Assembly: GCA_000002445.1 (NCBI GenBank)
Contig: AE017150.2
Span: 512,001 to 576,000 of the forward strand
Source: Trypanosoma brucei
Taxonomy: Eukaryota
Direction: 5' to 3'
Length of the DNA: 64,000 nt
Below are positions 44,982 through 55,525 of this stretch, piece after piece (position 1 is the stretch's first letter; every line of letters begins with the position of its first letter). A program made the translations under genes and the position numbers. A model generated the notes under the pieces. It saw only the letters and a program-made list of their open reading frames with translations. It did not search any database and was not told the DNA's origin.

Positions 44982-46328
44982 ATGGCTGCACATATATCGG
45001 AACACATGAGTAAGCGAGGTCCAAGGGAGTCGCTGCTAATTCTTAGTCTTGGGGTTTTATTCTTTCATCTTTTGTCCTCGTATGTGGAGGAGACTGTGTT
45101 TTATCTTCCCGGTTTCCACCACACCGGATTACTTTCCTTTCTGCAGGTTTTCATCATGGCCGTTGTTTCGTACGTGCGATTATGCCGTACGCTTCCCATG
45201 GAGGAGCGGGGCTCTGCACGAGTGGGTTTATGGAGGCGGTTACTCAACTCTCGTAAGGTTCCACTTCGAACTTATGTAATAATATCTTTTTTATACATCA
45301 GCAGTGCTTATCTCACCAACGAGGGATCCCGCCTTCTTTCGTACAGCACACAAGTGGTGTTGAAGTCTGCCAAGCTTTTGGTTGTATGGCCTGTGCGACT
45401 TATTGTTATTGAGCTTCCGTTGCGGTGGGGGGATGCTACGACAAGTGAAGGCGTCTCACGCAACGGTGATGTTGTATGCGTCGCTGATGTTGTGAATGAA
45501 AAGGAATGTGAGAGTACTTGTGTATTGGTGTCAGCTGAAGAGTGTTGCGATACGCCTTCGGACCCGGCTGCATCTGTAGCACAATCAAGTGATCAAAGCT
45601 CTCCAACCTCTAACGATGTCTTTTCCACTCCTATCAATGCACCTCACGATGGTTTGGATATGACCGTCAACTCAACCGCTGCGTGTGTGGCAAATTCCAC
45701 TCAGCACAGTCGTGAGGGTTTGTGGAGCATATTAAAGGAGTCGTTTCCATGCTTTGTGATTGTTTTTGGTGTTGTACTCTTCATGCGTGCTGCTAACGCT
45801 TCCACCACCGCTGCAGTGGAGGCGGTTGGGGACAAGATGGAAAATCACGAGCATCGGGTGAGGGAGATATGCGGCGTCGTGGCAATTATTGTGGCGCTGC
45901 TTTGTGACGCTGGGGTTTGTGTTGCAGAGGAGAAATACTGCTTCATGGCCCATGGTGCCTCCAATGAGGAGGTGATGTTTTATATCTTTTCAATTTCATC
46001 TTGTAATGGATTCATTAGTCTTCTTCTTAGTGGCCGCCTGGCAGACTGTTTGCACTTCATGCAGGGGCAACCTTATTTTTTCCCCTTAGTACTGCTTGCT
46101 TCCATCTGCAACTACTGTGGGGCGTATTTTATTGTTTCAATTACATCCAGCTACGGCAGTAGCACATCCACAATGGTTACAAGCGTGCGTAAGGTTACAA
46201 CCGTGTTGTTTAGCTACGCCGTGTATTTGCGGCCAATTGGTGCGGCACATGTTGTTGGGCTCCTGTTGGTGACGTGTGGGGTTTGGCAGTTTGAGCGGAT
46301 ACGTAGAAGGAATGATGAACGTGCATGA
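44982..46328 (+). CDS. Multipass membrane transporter, UAA / nucleotide-sugar transporter (SLC35B-like) family, with an internal acidic/Cys-rich insertion.
   Basis: The track ORF starts at GTG 44961; the first ATG is at 44982 ('MAAHISEHM...'). There are several TM segments. The C-terminal motif 'YGSSTSTMVTSVRKVTTVLFSYAVY' matches the conserved 'T-x-T-x-RK-F/V-x-T-I/V' signature of UAA transporters. The hydrophilic insert is 'GDATTSEGVSRNGDVVCVADVVNEKECESTCVLVSAEECCDTPSDP'. Confidence 0.65.
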   Translation: MAAHISEHMSKRGPRESLLILSLGVLFFHLLSSYVEETVFYLPGFHHTGLLSFLQVFIMAVVSYVRLCRTLPMEERGSARVGLWRRLLNSRKVPLRTYVIISFLYISSAYLTNEGSRLLSYSTQVVLKSAKLLVVWPVRLIVIELPLRWGDATTSEGVSRNGDVVCVADVVNEKECESTCVLVSAEECCDTPSDPAASVAQSSDQSSPTSNDVFSTPINAPHDGLDMTVNSTAACVANSTQHSREGLWSILKESFPCFVIVFGVVLFMRAANASTTAAVEAVGDKMENHEHRVREICGVVAIIVALLCDAGVCVAEEKYCFMAHGASNEEVMFYIFSISSCNGFISLLLSGRLADCLHFMQGQPYFFPLVLLASICNYCGAYFIVSITSSYGSSTSTMVTSVRKVTTVLFSYAVYLRPIGAAHVVGLLLVTCGVWQFERIRRRNDERA

Positions 46329-47607
46329 TAACAAATAAAAAAATAAAATAAAAAAAATGATAAAAAAACAATAAAGGCACAAAAAAAAACATCGTTAGTG
46401 AGCTTCAGCTGCGGGGTTTCATAAATGGTATGAGTTTTATAACATTGCATTTCGCTCCCAGAGAGGAAGAGATTGGAGACAACAGTTAATGCATATTTTC
46501 CGTGCTTTTTGTCCACTTTTCTTTTTCTTTTTCTTTTCCTTTTCCCCCCCGTGGACGGGTGTGTTTGGGTGCTGATTTGCCGCGTAAATTAAACATGCAG
46601 GATGAGAAGGGAGCGCAGAGAGAAGGTGAGGGAAAATGGAAATGGAAATGGGATTGGGGGAAAACCAAAAAGAATAGTGGAAGCAATTTAAAAATTTATT
46701 TAGCTATTCGCATATGTATTTGTGACCCTTTACAGGAGAGGATAAGTGGGAAGATGAGGAAGAACGTGTTGTGTGAGTCCGAGGAAATATAAATTGTGGG
46801 AAAGAACGAAAGGGTAGTGAATTCCATGAAATGGTTCTTGCACCAAATCTTTTTTTCTTTTAAATCCCCTTTCCTTCCGTGTGTTGAAGGCAGAAGTGCA
46901 CTGCGCAACCATATATATATATATATATACATATATATTCCCTGTTACTGTTTCTGTTATTATTATTATTATTTTCCGAAGGTTGAGAGGAGTCTCCACC
47001 TCTTTTCCTTTTGGATGTATATCCGTTTATATCTAAGCGTGGCGTGTTTTGTTTGTTTGTGTGTGTATGTGTGTGTGTGGTAACATGGGGGTGGATATGT
47101 ACAATGTATTTGTATGTGAGGTATTCATCGTTTATCATTCGTACGACTCCCGCTGCCTATTTTTTTTACCCTTATTTGTATCGTCTTATTATTTTTTTAT
47201 TTTGTTTTTACACGAACTTTTTACTTCATTTCCTCTTCGCGCGATTCCTCCTCCCCCCATCTCACGTAGTGAGCGTGTATATCTTTGGTTGGTTGGTGAC
47301 CAAACGGGTGCTATGGGAGTTTCCATACACACACACATACAGTCATATATTGGAACATCAAGGCGTGTAATGTTAGAAGTCGCGCTTATCCCTTTAACGT
47401 TGTAAATGTTTCTCAGCTTTTGTGTGGTTGGGCAGCTCGATGCCGCTTAGTTAAATCATATGATGCATAGCGATATATTTATCTGTTTATATATATATAT
47501 ATATATATGTTTCCCCCTTATCTTCATGTTTTTTAAAAAAACCATTATTGGCTCATCTCATAGTATTTTTTCAAGTGGTGGAGGACTGTTGTTTTTCATT
47601 ATTCATC

Positions 47608-48507
47608 ATGACGGTCGCAACAGCCCCAACTCCTCCTGACTTGTCCAAACCACCCGCCGATAAGTTAGAAATACATACGCAAACAACAGGAAATGATGGT
47701 GGCTCGAGCAGTGGTGCCGCTAAAGAAGTTTTCGTCACTCCTGAAGAGGTTGAAAGGCAGGTAAAACTTGGACTTCTGCTGGTTCAACTTGGCGCAGCGA
47801 AGGAAAATCAGATTTTTGGTCCACGTGGTCTCATGACTCCTCCACGGGATCTTCTTGTAATTAATCGGTATGAGGACAGTAAGGAGGCTCGGCGGCCATT
47901 CAAATGGTACGATCCCATTTCATGGTTCCTCAGTGGTCCGAAACCTTCACCCATGTTTTGGAGCCCATCACCATTCAGAAATGAGGAGCAGGAGCGAGCC
48001 GTCACCACATCACCCACAGCGGCGTCAGGGACGGCAGCGGCCACTCAAACACCTGAAATCGGACCAGCGACATCGTTGGCTCCTGCTGTAAAGAAAATAC
48101 GTGCCATCCCACCTGTTGATATGCGGCCACTTGGGGATGATGTGCATTTGGAGGCAGCCGTGCGACTTGACCGTGAGAAACTTTTAAAGGATGAGGAGAC
48201 ATTACACAAGATGCTAAACGGTGTTGAGGATACTCGTCATGCTTATTTAGTCCCTGCGCAGGAGCTTCAGTGCGAGGATGAGGTGCTTGCGGTCGTGCAG
48301 TGCTACGAAAAACATGTTTCTGCCATACAAGCCGCTTCCGGGAGTGGAATGTCCAATTCGGGGAAGATTTTATCCGAGGGTGCGGCTTTGGAGCTTCCGG
48401 TTATCGCAGATGTGTTGCAATGTGGGCCGGTTGTATCGCTGCTTCGGCGTTGTGCTGAGGGTGTTGTTGGGGCGTACAGCCAGAAGGATGTTGCCGTGCA
48501 GCTATGA
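47608..48507 (+). CDS. Hypothetical protein (299 aa).
   Basis: The track ORF begins at TTG 47548; the first ATG is at 47608 ('MTVATAPTPPDLSK'). Normal-complexity ORF collinear with its neighbours, no recognisable domain. Confidence 0.6.
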   Translation: MTVATAPTPPDLSKPPADKLEIHTQTTGNDGGSSSGAAKEVFVTPEEVERQVKLGLLLVQLGAAKENQIFGPRGLMTPPRDLLVINRYEDSKEARRPFKWYDPISWFLSGPKPSPMFWSPSPFRNEEQERAVTTSPTAASGTAAATQTPEIGPATSLAPAVKKIRAIPPVDMRPLGDDVHLEAAVRLDREKLLKDEETLHKMLNGVEDTRHAYLVPAQELQCEDEVLAVVQCYEKHVSAIQAASGSGMSNSGKILSEGAALELPVIADVLQCGPVVSLLRRCAEGVVGAYSQKDVAVQL

Positions 48508-48590
48508 GTGATGGCTTATCATCGTATGTCTACGTCTTCTGAGGGTGTGGGAGTCGCTAGGTGTTTTGCCCTGCTCTTTGTCTTTTATTT

Positions 48591-48614
48591 TGTGTGTGTG
48601 TGTGTGTGTGTGTT
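48591..48614. repeat. (TG)12 microsatellite followed by poly-T tracts.
   Basis: Direct reading. It lies in the ~400-bp spacer between the 47608 and 48834 genes. Confidence 0.9.
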
Positions 48615-48833
48615 TGTTTCCTTGAGGTTCCCGTTCCCTCAGTGTTCTTTTTTTTTCTTTTTTTTTTTCGAAAATCACAGTTTGTCGTTTCGCCCTGAGA
48701 GGCTAGGATGTTGTGGAGGTTTCGCTCTCCATTGTAAAGCGTACAGTGTTCAAGGTGACCTCTCCACGTGCTTTAACCACCACTCACTGTGTTCATACCA
48801 TCCTAACAGGTTGGAACGACTGAATCCATCACA

Positions 48834-51776
48834 ATGACACTTTCTCTTCATGCCTTTCCTTTCAGTACATTAGGTGCGCGCTTTTTTTTCCCCTTTTTGT
48901 GTTTGGTCATGCGTGCTTCCAGTGCAAACGCAAGACTGGTTCAGCGACACGAGCGCCAGAAGGCACAGAGTGCTGCGAAAGCATCGTCTGCCCGGTTTAA
49001 TGCGAAGCAAAGCCGGTTTCAATTGCGGCAGGAGGAGGCTCAGGTGAGGAATGAAATTCAGAAAGAACCCCTACCGATATCGTCGGCCGTTACTGCCCCA
49101 AACAGAGACCAGACGTCTACGTTTAGCCGATTCGATAGACCCCCAGCACGTGCCTCAACTGCCATGGTGGCAACAACAAACACAACCACAACTACCACAG
49201 CAACTTTTGGGCTTGCTCCAGTGAGGCGCACAACAAATGCCAACGCCATGGGACATGTCGGCACTCGAACTTCTCGTCGTGCAGCGAGGTTCCGTCTTGA
49301 GGATGCTGAGGGAACTCATTCATCTGCTGTTGGGGATAATAATATGCCGGAGGTTGGTGGTCTTCTTGGGACGGTTCGCCGTCCTCGTCAGGCGGAGGTC
49401 GACGACGACGCCAGCGGTGATGCCGGGCGGAAGAAGACGCGTGTGGAGAAGTTTCAGGAGGTTATGGCTAATAGTAAGGAGCATCGTGCCCATCTGCAGC
49501 GCGAGCGAGAACAGCGATCCGTCCAAACCAAAGCGATTGATCAGGAGTTTAACAACGTTTTGCACCTCTTGGAGCGCCGGGACAAAGTGAAGGAGGATCG
49601 TGAGGCTTTCAACGCTGCAGGAACGCCTGAGGTTCGGGCCCTTCTGCAGTCTTTTCGCACAAACCATGTGGCGAAAGTGCTCTCCCTGCGAAGTGACGGG
49701 AGCTACACGGTTGCCCCGCTGTCAGCTCCAGACGAGAAGGCGGCTAATGTTTCAACTACCACCGCAACTGCTGCCACTTCAGTAACCGCCGAAGGCACGA
49801 AGCAGGAAACCACTTCATTTCTGGACAGCGCAGACATGGAGCTCTTACGCAAGGTGCGCAGCGGTGTGGCAGAGCGGGAAGTTGTGCCGGGGGCAAAGGA
49901 ATCTGATATAGCAATGGGTTCAGCTCGTCCAAGTAGGTCTAATGTGGTAGACGAAGAGGCAAATGCGGAAGCAGACGAGTTCGACCGCATGATGCAGTCG
50001 ATGCGACTCGAGACGCGCCGGGCTATTGCCGGTGACCGTACCTTGACAGAAGAAGAGCAAAAGCAGAAATTGTTGGAACAGGAATTACTTGAGGCAGACC
50101 GTGGGGCAATGCCAACTATTTCGCACAATAGGGAGCAGCTTACGCGAGCCGAGTTGTTAAGTCGTGGAGGTGATTTTCCTGAAATGGGAGATGATGATGG
50201 CAGTGTTCCTGAGGGAGAGTTGGAGGACAACCTTGACATTTCAACTGCGTATGACAGTGATGGGGCCTCCCAGCGCAGCGATGATGACGGTACCGGAAAT
50301 TACGACGGGAAGGAAGCATATGAAGGAGATGACGTCCATCAAGAGTTGGGAGTGACAGGTGCTGGCGCGGGTGGTTTGGGAGCGTTGGAGATATTGTTGA
50401 GTGAAGTAGAAACTCTTAGCCGTAGTGGCAATGGGACGCGCTCGGCACGTGCTGCACGAGGTGAGGCGTACCATGCATTGCTCATTCGCTTGTATCGTTA
50501 TGCACAGAGTCACGTATTACACACCGCGCAAACATTTCGTGCGCTTCTTATCGAGGCTCAGCGCTCATTTCTTCGGCATGGAAGTCTTGATCGCGCTACG
50601 CTACTTCTACTCCACACGACTTCCCGGATATTTCCCATGACAGACTATCGCCACGCCGTCACTACGCCATTTTTTATATTTCTGTGCTCCACGCTATTGC
50701 AGATGAAACTGAAGACGGTTGCTCAGGCGCGCGATTATGCGGTGCTTGCCGGCCTTCTTTGTAGTTGCATGCTGCAGGGCGGCAAATTCTGCGCGGAGGC
50801 GATCATAGCACCACTTAATCTTATTGCACTCCAAGTGCCGCGGAGTGTATTGGAACCAGCGCGCCTGCAGGGAATATGCGTGCCATTCCCTTTAGTTGGA
50901 CGAGGGGATACGGAGGTGGCGTTGTTACTGACGAATGAGAAGGAGAGTTTATCAGCTCCCACTGCACACGACGGTGATGACAATGTTAAGGAAGGTGACG
51001 GCACCGCTGAGGCCAAAGCCGCAAATAATGAAGAAGATGTGGATGAACCGCTATTGGAAGGTACACTTGCCGTCCTTGAGACGGATGTAAGCGCAGAGCG
51101 CATTGTGCGGTACGCCTACAGGCTACTGTCGGTTCAAGCGGATGCTCTGCGTAATGTGCCCGCATTCGAGTACTGTTTGGCTGCTCCTTTCAGAGCTCTG
51201 CACGAGCGCCTCACGGCTGCTGCAATTACATCGACCGCAAAGCGTGGTAAGGGCAAATCATCTTCTGACAGCAAGGTTATGGCGTGTTGGAAGCCGTCAC
51301 CACTTGTGCAAGCTGACCACGAAGCACTTCTAGAGAAACTAACGCAGTTCACTTCTGATGCACGGAACCGTCGCACGCCTCTCGCTATGCGGAACTTTCG
51401 TCCACGTCCCATTCGTCAGTTTGATCCGCTGCTGCACGAACGTGAGGATATTGGCGGCGACGCCAACATGTCGACTTCTGTTTTGAAGAGTGAAGTGCGT
51501 CAGATGAAACGGGAGCTTCGGGAAGACAGAAAACGTGTCGTGCGGCACCTGCAAGCGGAAGCAAATGTGGAACGAAGACAACGGGAGCGTGCGGCGGCTG
51601 AAGTGGAGGCGCAGCGCGAGCGCAAATACCGGGAGCTTATGGGATCGCTACAAGCACAACAACATATAATGAAAACTGTCGATGGACTTCAGGCGAAGGC
51701 GCGGTCGAAGAAACGGCGAAGCATCTCCGGCCTTCCCGGAAAAGCGGAGGACAATACCGATGGTGGAGGCGCGTGA
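48834..51776 (+). CDS. Large hypothetical protein (~955-980 aa), highly charged with Lys/Arg/Glu-rich and coiled-coil regions; possibly nuclear or nucleolar.
   Basis: ATG at 48834, but the first 25 codons are encoded by a pyrimidine tract ('FFFPFLCLV') that looks like splice-signal sequence, so the true start may be the ATG at 48909 ('MRASSANARLVQ'). It has a basic N-terminus, a central acidic block ('DEEANAEADEFD', 'EMGDDDGSVPEGELEDNLD') and a C-terminal basic coiled coil ('RQMKRELREDRKRVVRHLQAEANVERRQRERAAAEVEAQRERKYREL'). Confidence 0.75.
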   Translation: MTLSLHAFPFSTLGARFFFPFLCLVMRASSANARLVQRHERQKAQSAAKASSARFNAKQSRFQLRQEEAQVRNEIQKEPLPISSAVTAPNRDQTSTFSRFDRPPARASTAMVATTNTTTTTTATFGLAPVRRTTNANAMGHVGTRTSRRAARFRLEDAEGTHSSAVGDNNMPEVGGLLGTVRRPRQAEVDDDASGDAGRKKTRVEKFQEVMANSKEHRAHLQREREQRSVQTKAIDQEFNNVLHLLERRDKVKEDREAFNAAGTPEVRALLQSFRTNHVAKVLSLRSDGSYTVAPLSAPDEKAANVSTTTATAATSVTAEGTKQETTSFLDSADMELLRKVRSGVAEREVVPGAKESDIAMGSARPSRSNVVDEEANAEADEFDRMMQSMRLETRRAIAGDRTLTEEEQKQKLLEQELLEADRGAMPTISHNREQLTRAELLSRGGDFPEMGDDDGSVPEGELEDNLDISTAYDSDGASQRSDDDGTGNYDGKEAYEGDDVHQELGVTGAGAGGLGALEILLSEVETLSRSGNGTRSARAARGEAYHALLIRLYRYAQSHVLHTAQTFRALLIEAQRSFLRHGSLDRATLLLLHTTSRIFPMTDYRHAVTTPFFIFLCSTLLQMKLKTVAQARDYAVLAGLLCSCMLQGGKFCAEAIIAPLNLIALQVPRSVLEPARLQGICVPFPLVGRGDTEVALLLTNEKESLSAPTAHDGDDNVKEGDGTAEAKAANNEEDVDEPLLEGTLAVLETDVSAERIVRYAYRLLSVQADALRNVPAFEYCLAAPFRALHERLTAAAITSTAKRGKGKSSSDSKVMACWKPSPLVQADHEALLEKLTQFTSDARNRRTPLAMRNFRPRPIRQFDPLLHEREDIGGDANMSTSVLKSEVRQMKRELREDRKRVVRHLQAEANVERRQRERAAAEVEAQRERKYRELMGSLQAQQHIMKTVDGLQAKARSKKRRSISGLPGKAEDNTDGGGA

Positions 51777-51814
51777 TGATGCGTTGGGAGGCATTTGTCG
51801 GGCGCAAACGAATT

Positions 51815-51863
51815 TGTTTTGTTTTTTTGTTCCCCTTTTCTTTTTCTTTTTCTTTTTTTAAAG
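51815..51863 (+). promoter_or_regulatory. Polypyrimidine tract + AG, a candidate trans-splice acceptor upstream of the mitochondrial carrier gene.
   Basis: 'ttgttttgtttttttgttccccttttctttttctttttctttttttaaag'. Confidence 0.5.
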
Positions 51864-52309
51864 AGTGGAAGCGCATACGTGTGAGTGTGTGACATACGCG
51901 GCCACAGATGGGGAGCGCATGTTTTGTGTTGAGGTTCATGAAGGGCGCAGTTCTGAAAGCTATGGTTCGTGCAGTGCGGCGAAAACCTTCCTTTGCTTCT
52001 TCCTGAGGACTGAGAGAAGCGATGGGGTTATATTAAGGAATGCGTTGTTAAAATTTTTCTTTTTGTCGGGTAAGATACGCTTTTAGTATATAAACACAAG
52101 TTATTGTGGTGATAATAATACATATTGTTTTGTTTGTTTCTATATGGTGGGCTGGGCGTTTTTTCACTTCCACTGCGCTCGGTGGTGTTAAGCTCGTAAA
52201 CGCATGATGCTTCATTTCTGTTACACTTCTTTTTTTTTCTTTTTAAATCTCTTTTTCTTCTCCTTAAAAGAAAAGGAAGGGATCGTTCAGCACGTGAAAG
52301 GAGAGTGTG

Positions 52310-53248
52310 ATGTCATCCGAACACGCACCGGTGGTAGCGTCGAGAAAAACCAGCTTCCGAGCAACTGCAGCTGGTATTGCTGGTGTGATGGAGATTGGCC
52401 TCTTTCATCCTTTTGACACGGTGGCGAAACGCCTGATGAGTCACCACGGCCCTATTCTTTGCAGACCTATTAGCGCTAGTTTTTGTACGGTTAACGAAAT
52501 TATCTTCCGTGCTAAGGCACATGCCAGTGCATGGGAGAAATTATTATATTTATATCCCGGTTCCACATATGCTGTGGGTTATAAGGTGTTGCAACGTGTG
52601 TACAAACTCGCTGGGCAACCCATCGTGCGTGATCATCTTAAATGCCATTATGACCGGGGTTTCGATAATGTTTTTGGACGTCACAGTCGTCTCGCAATGG
52701 AGGCTGTTGCAGGAAGTATTGTTGGTGGTGGTGAAGTGTTATTATTGCCACTGGATCGACTGAAGGTGTTGAGCCAAACAAATGAATCGGCGCTGGGGCG
52801 TGGCGTTGTGGAGTTGGTGCGACGTGAAGGTGTACGAGGAATGTACGCTGGCACATTAGTGACTGCAATGCGCAATGTGCCCGGCACCTTTTGTCTTTTC
52901 GGTGGCGCCGCCTTCACGAAGGAGTCCATATTTCGACTGGAAGACTTTAGTAAGGCGAGCTTCTTCCAAAACATGTGTGCATCTGGCGTGGGTGCTTGTT
53001 TAGCAATTGCAGTAACAAATCCCATGGATGTTATTAAGACACGTGTGCAGAATAAAGATCCGGGCTCAACGCTTACGGGACTGGTAGTGTTCCGGAAGTT
53101 GCTGCGCGAGGAGGGACTCACCGCTCTGGCAAAGGGGATAACACCAAAGATAATTGCCTCAGCACCAAAGCTTGTATTTGCATACAGCATGACGGAGTTT
53201 TTGCTTCAACTACTGGAGGGGGAAAAAAGAGGGGTGGTTCGGCATTAA
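52310..53248 (+). CDS. Mitochondrial carrier family (SLC25) protein, 312 aa.
   Basis: The track ORF starts at GTG 52307; the ATG is at 52310 ('MSSEHAP'). Two carrier signature motifs P-x-D/E-x-x-K/R are present: 'PFDTVAKRLMS' and 'PMDVIKTRVQ'. The tripartite ~100-aa repeat organisation and length fit the family. Confidence 0.85.
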   Translation: MSSEHAPVVASRKTSFRATAAGIAGVMEIGLFHPFDTVAKRLMSHHGPILCRPISASFCTVNEIIFRAKAHASAWEKLLYLYPGSTYAVGYKVLQRVYKLAGQPIVRDHLKCHYDRGFDNVFGRHSRLAMEAVAGSIVGGGEVLLLPLDRLKVLSQTNESALGRGVVELVRREGVRGMYAGTLVTAMRNVPGTFCLFGGAAFTKESIFRLEDFSKASFFQNMCASGVGACLAIAVTNPMDVIKTRVQNKDPGSTLTGLVVFRKLLREEGLTALAKGITPKIIASAPKLVFAYSMTEFLLQLLEGEKRGVVRH

Positions 53249-55525
53249 AATTGGAAAGTTATAAGAGGATCAAGTCATGTGATACGACTCAATGAAGAGT
53301 TCTTCACCGTTCTTTTTCTTCTTTCTTTTTTTTTTTTTCATCTCCACCTCTAATTCCTTTCTTCTGTTACCTTATCGAATTAAAAATAAAGTAAAATAAA
53401 CCGGTTTATAAATATGAGAAAATTGGCATGTAGGTATGCAGACACAGCTATATATATATATTTACGAATGATAATTTATAATGGTGCATATGTATATGCG
53501 TATGCACATTTTCACAGATACGAATCTTACATTGAGGATTAATTAAGGGGCACCGAACAACAATAAGCAGGGAGGGAAGGGAAGAGAGAAGGAGAATAAT
53601 GAGGAGAATGTTACCTAAGAGAGGGAATAGAGCGTCAAAAACAAAACAAAACAAAAGAACAACAACAAAAAAAAAACAAAAAAGCAACAACAACAAAAAA
53701 AATCAAAAAATTTAAAAAAAGGGGAGGGAGGGGGTACGTTAATTTGGATTGCGTGGAATGAGGGTTGATATTTTTGTGCAGGTGACTGTTGTGTTGAATT
53801 GGTGGTTGGCGGTGCTGTTCCGTAGTCGGTCAGAAATATATTTGTTTTTTTTAAACACGTTAATCGTATTGGTGTGGAATGCGTGTCAATGTTGTTGTCC
53901 ATAAGAAGGGGAGGCCGGGGGGAAAATATAAATATGTAAATAAAATACAGCCGAAGTTTCCGCATTTGCCGAGACATGACCAACTTCACGTCGCTTACGG
54001 CCATACGCTTGTTTGTATGGAGGAATGCGAGTTTATTGCTTTTTATCCCCCATCCTTTCGAATTTTATTTTCCTGTTATTACTCCATTTTATATTTATTA
54101 TTTGTTTACTTGCGGAGTGGTGGGTACAGGAGGTCGCTGCGAATGAGTTCCCTTCGTTTTGATTTGATTTGTTTCTTTTTCTTTTCCCCCTTCGTGTAAT
54201 CAACCGTCGTAACACTCCACATTGAACTTTATTTTCTCCACTAATCTTCTCGTCCACCTGTGCCATCCCTTCCTTTATAAATATATATATATATATATTT
54301 GTTTAAAGTTTCCTTCGTTTTTTTCACTTCTTTTCCCCGCGGCCGTTGAACCATGTCTCTTTCCTTCTCATGTCGCTCTCTTATTTATATCTCCTTTTTC
54401 TTAAGAAAAAAGAGAGATCCCTCGTTTCTTTAACTGACACACGTACATGTTGAACCGTAGCGCCTCCGCCTTTTTTGTTTTTATTTTTTGTTTACACTCT
54501 CCATGTTCACTTTAAGGAGACGAAAAACAAACAAATGAACAAACAAAAAGTGTTGGATGATGAGAGGTAATATAATCGTCAGAACACAAATGTTTCTTTA
54601 TGACTGTAGTTGCTGATGATGTGAGGCGAAGGGTAAGCATGATGAAAGTTGATGTTTATTTTATTGTATATATGTTTTTTTTTCTGTTGTGTTTGTGTTT
54701 CTGTTGGGCGAGTGTTTTCCATTCGTTTCCCTTTTGTTAAGGCTACGGTTTCTCTTACTTTTGTGAAGTTAAAAAAAAAAAGAACAACAAAAAAGACGGA
54801 GAATAAAAAGAGAAGCTGCGGGAATGAAACGAGACATGTGCGAAGAGAAAATGAAAGAAGGGACGACTGGCGGTGGCGGTTGTGGCGGGGGGGGGAAAGT
54901 TGAGTCAATTCGGTATCTCTAACTGCCTCGAATGGGAGTGACTTTATTTCTCGTCACGTCGCAGCTTCACGTGTATTTTTTTTTTGAAATTTATCTTTGT
55001 ATCGTCTGTCTCGACTGCCGCGTAAAGTAATTTGTTTTTCCTCGTTTTGTATAGGGGAGCGAGTCGGAGCGTAAAAGAAAAATACACGAGCGCGAAGGGG
55101 GAACGTGTCAGGTTTGACAGTTTTACCGACTGCCACAGTTTGGCATGCGTGTGCTCTTGTGGTTCACTGAGGGTTGATGGAAACTTTCGGGAAATAAAAG
55201 TTATAGCAATGAAAGGGGCAATACTCCGGAGAAGAGGGGAATGGCGTTTTTGTTTGGAGGAGATGATAAGGTTCTGCTCAAAAATGTATGTGTGGGCGTA
55301 TATATATATATATATATATGTTTTTGTGTGTCTGTGTGTCTGTTGTTAGGAAACCTATTCGTCTACTCTGCACCTCCAGCTTCCCGTTAATGCTTTCAGT
55401 AGCAAACTTTGCAGCGTGTCTTTACGCGTTTCATCGTTATGTCTTTTAGTTCACTTCTATTATCTTATTTCTCACTTGCTTTTGACACATTAGGGTTCGC
55501 TTAGAGTAGGCGGAGGGTTCTGCAC

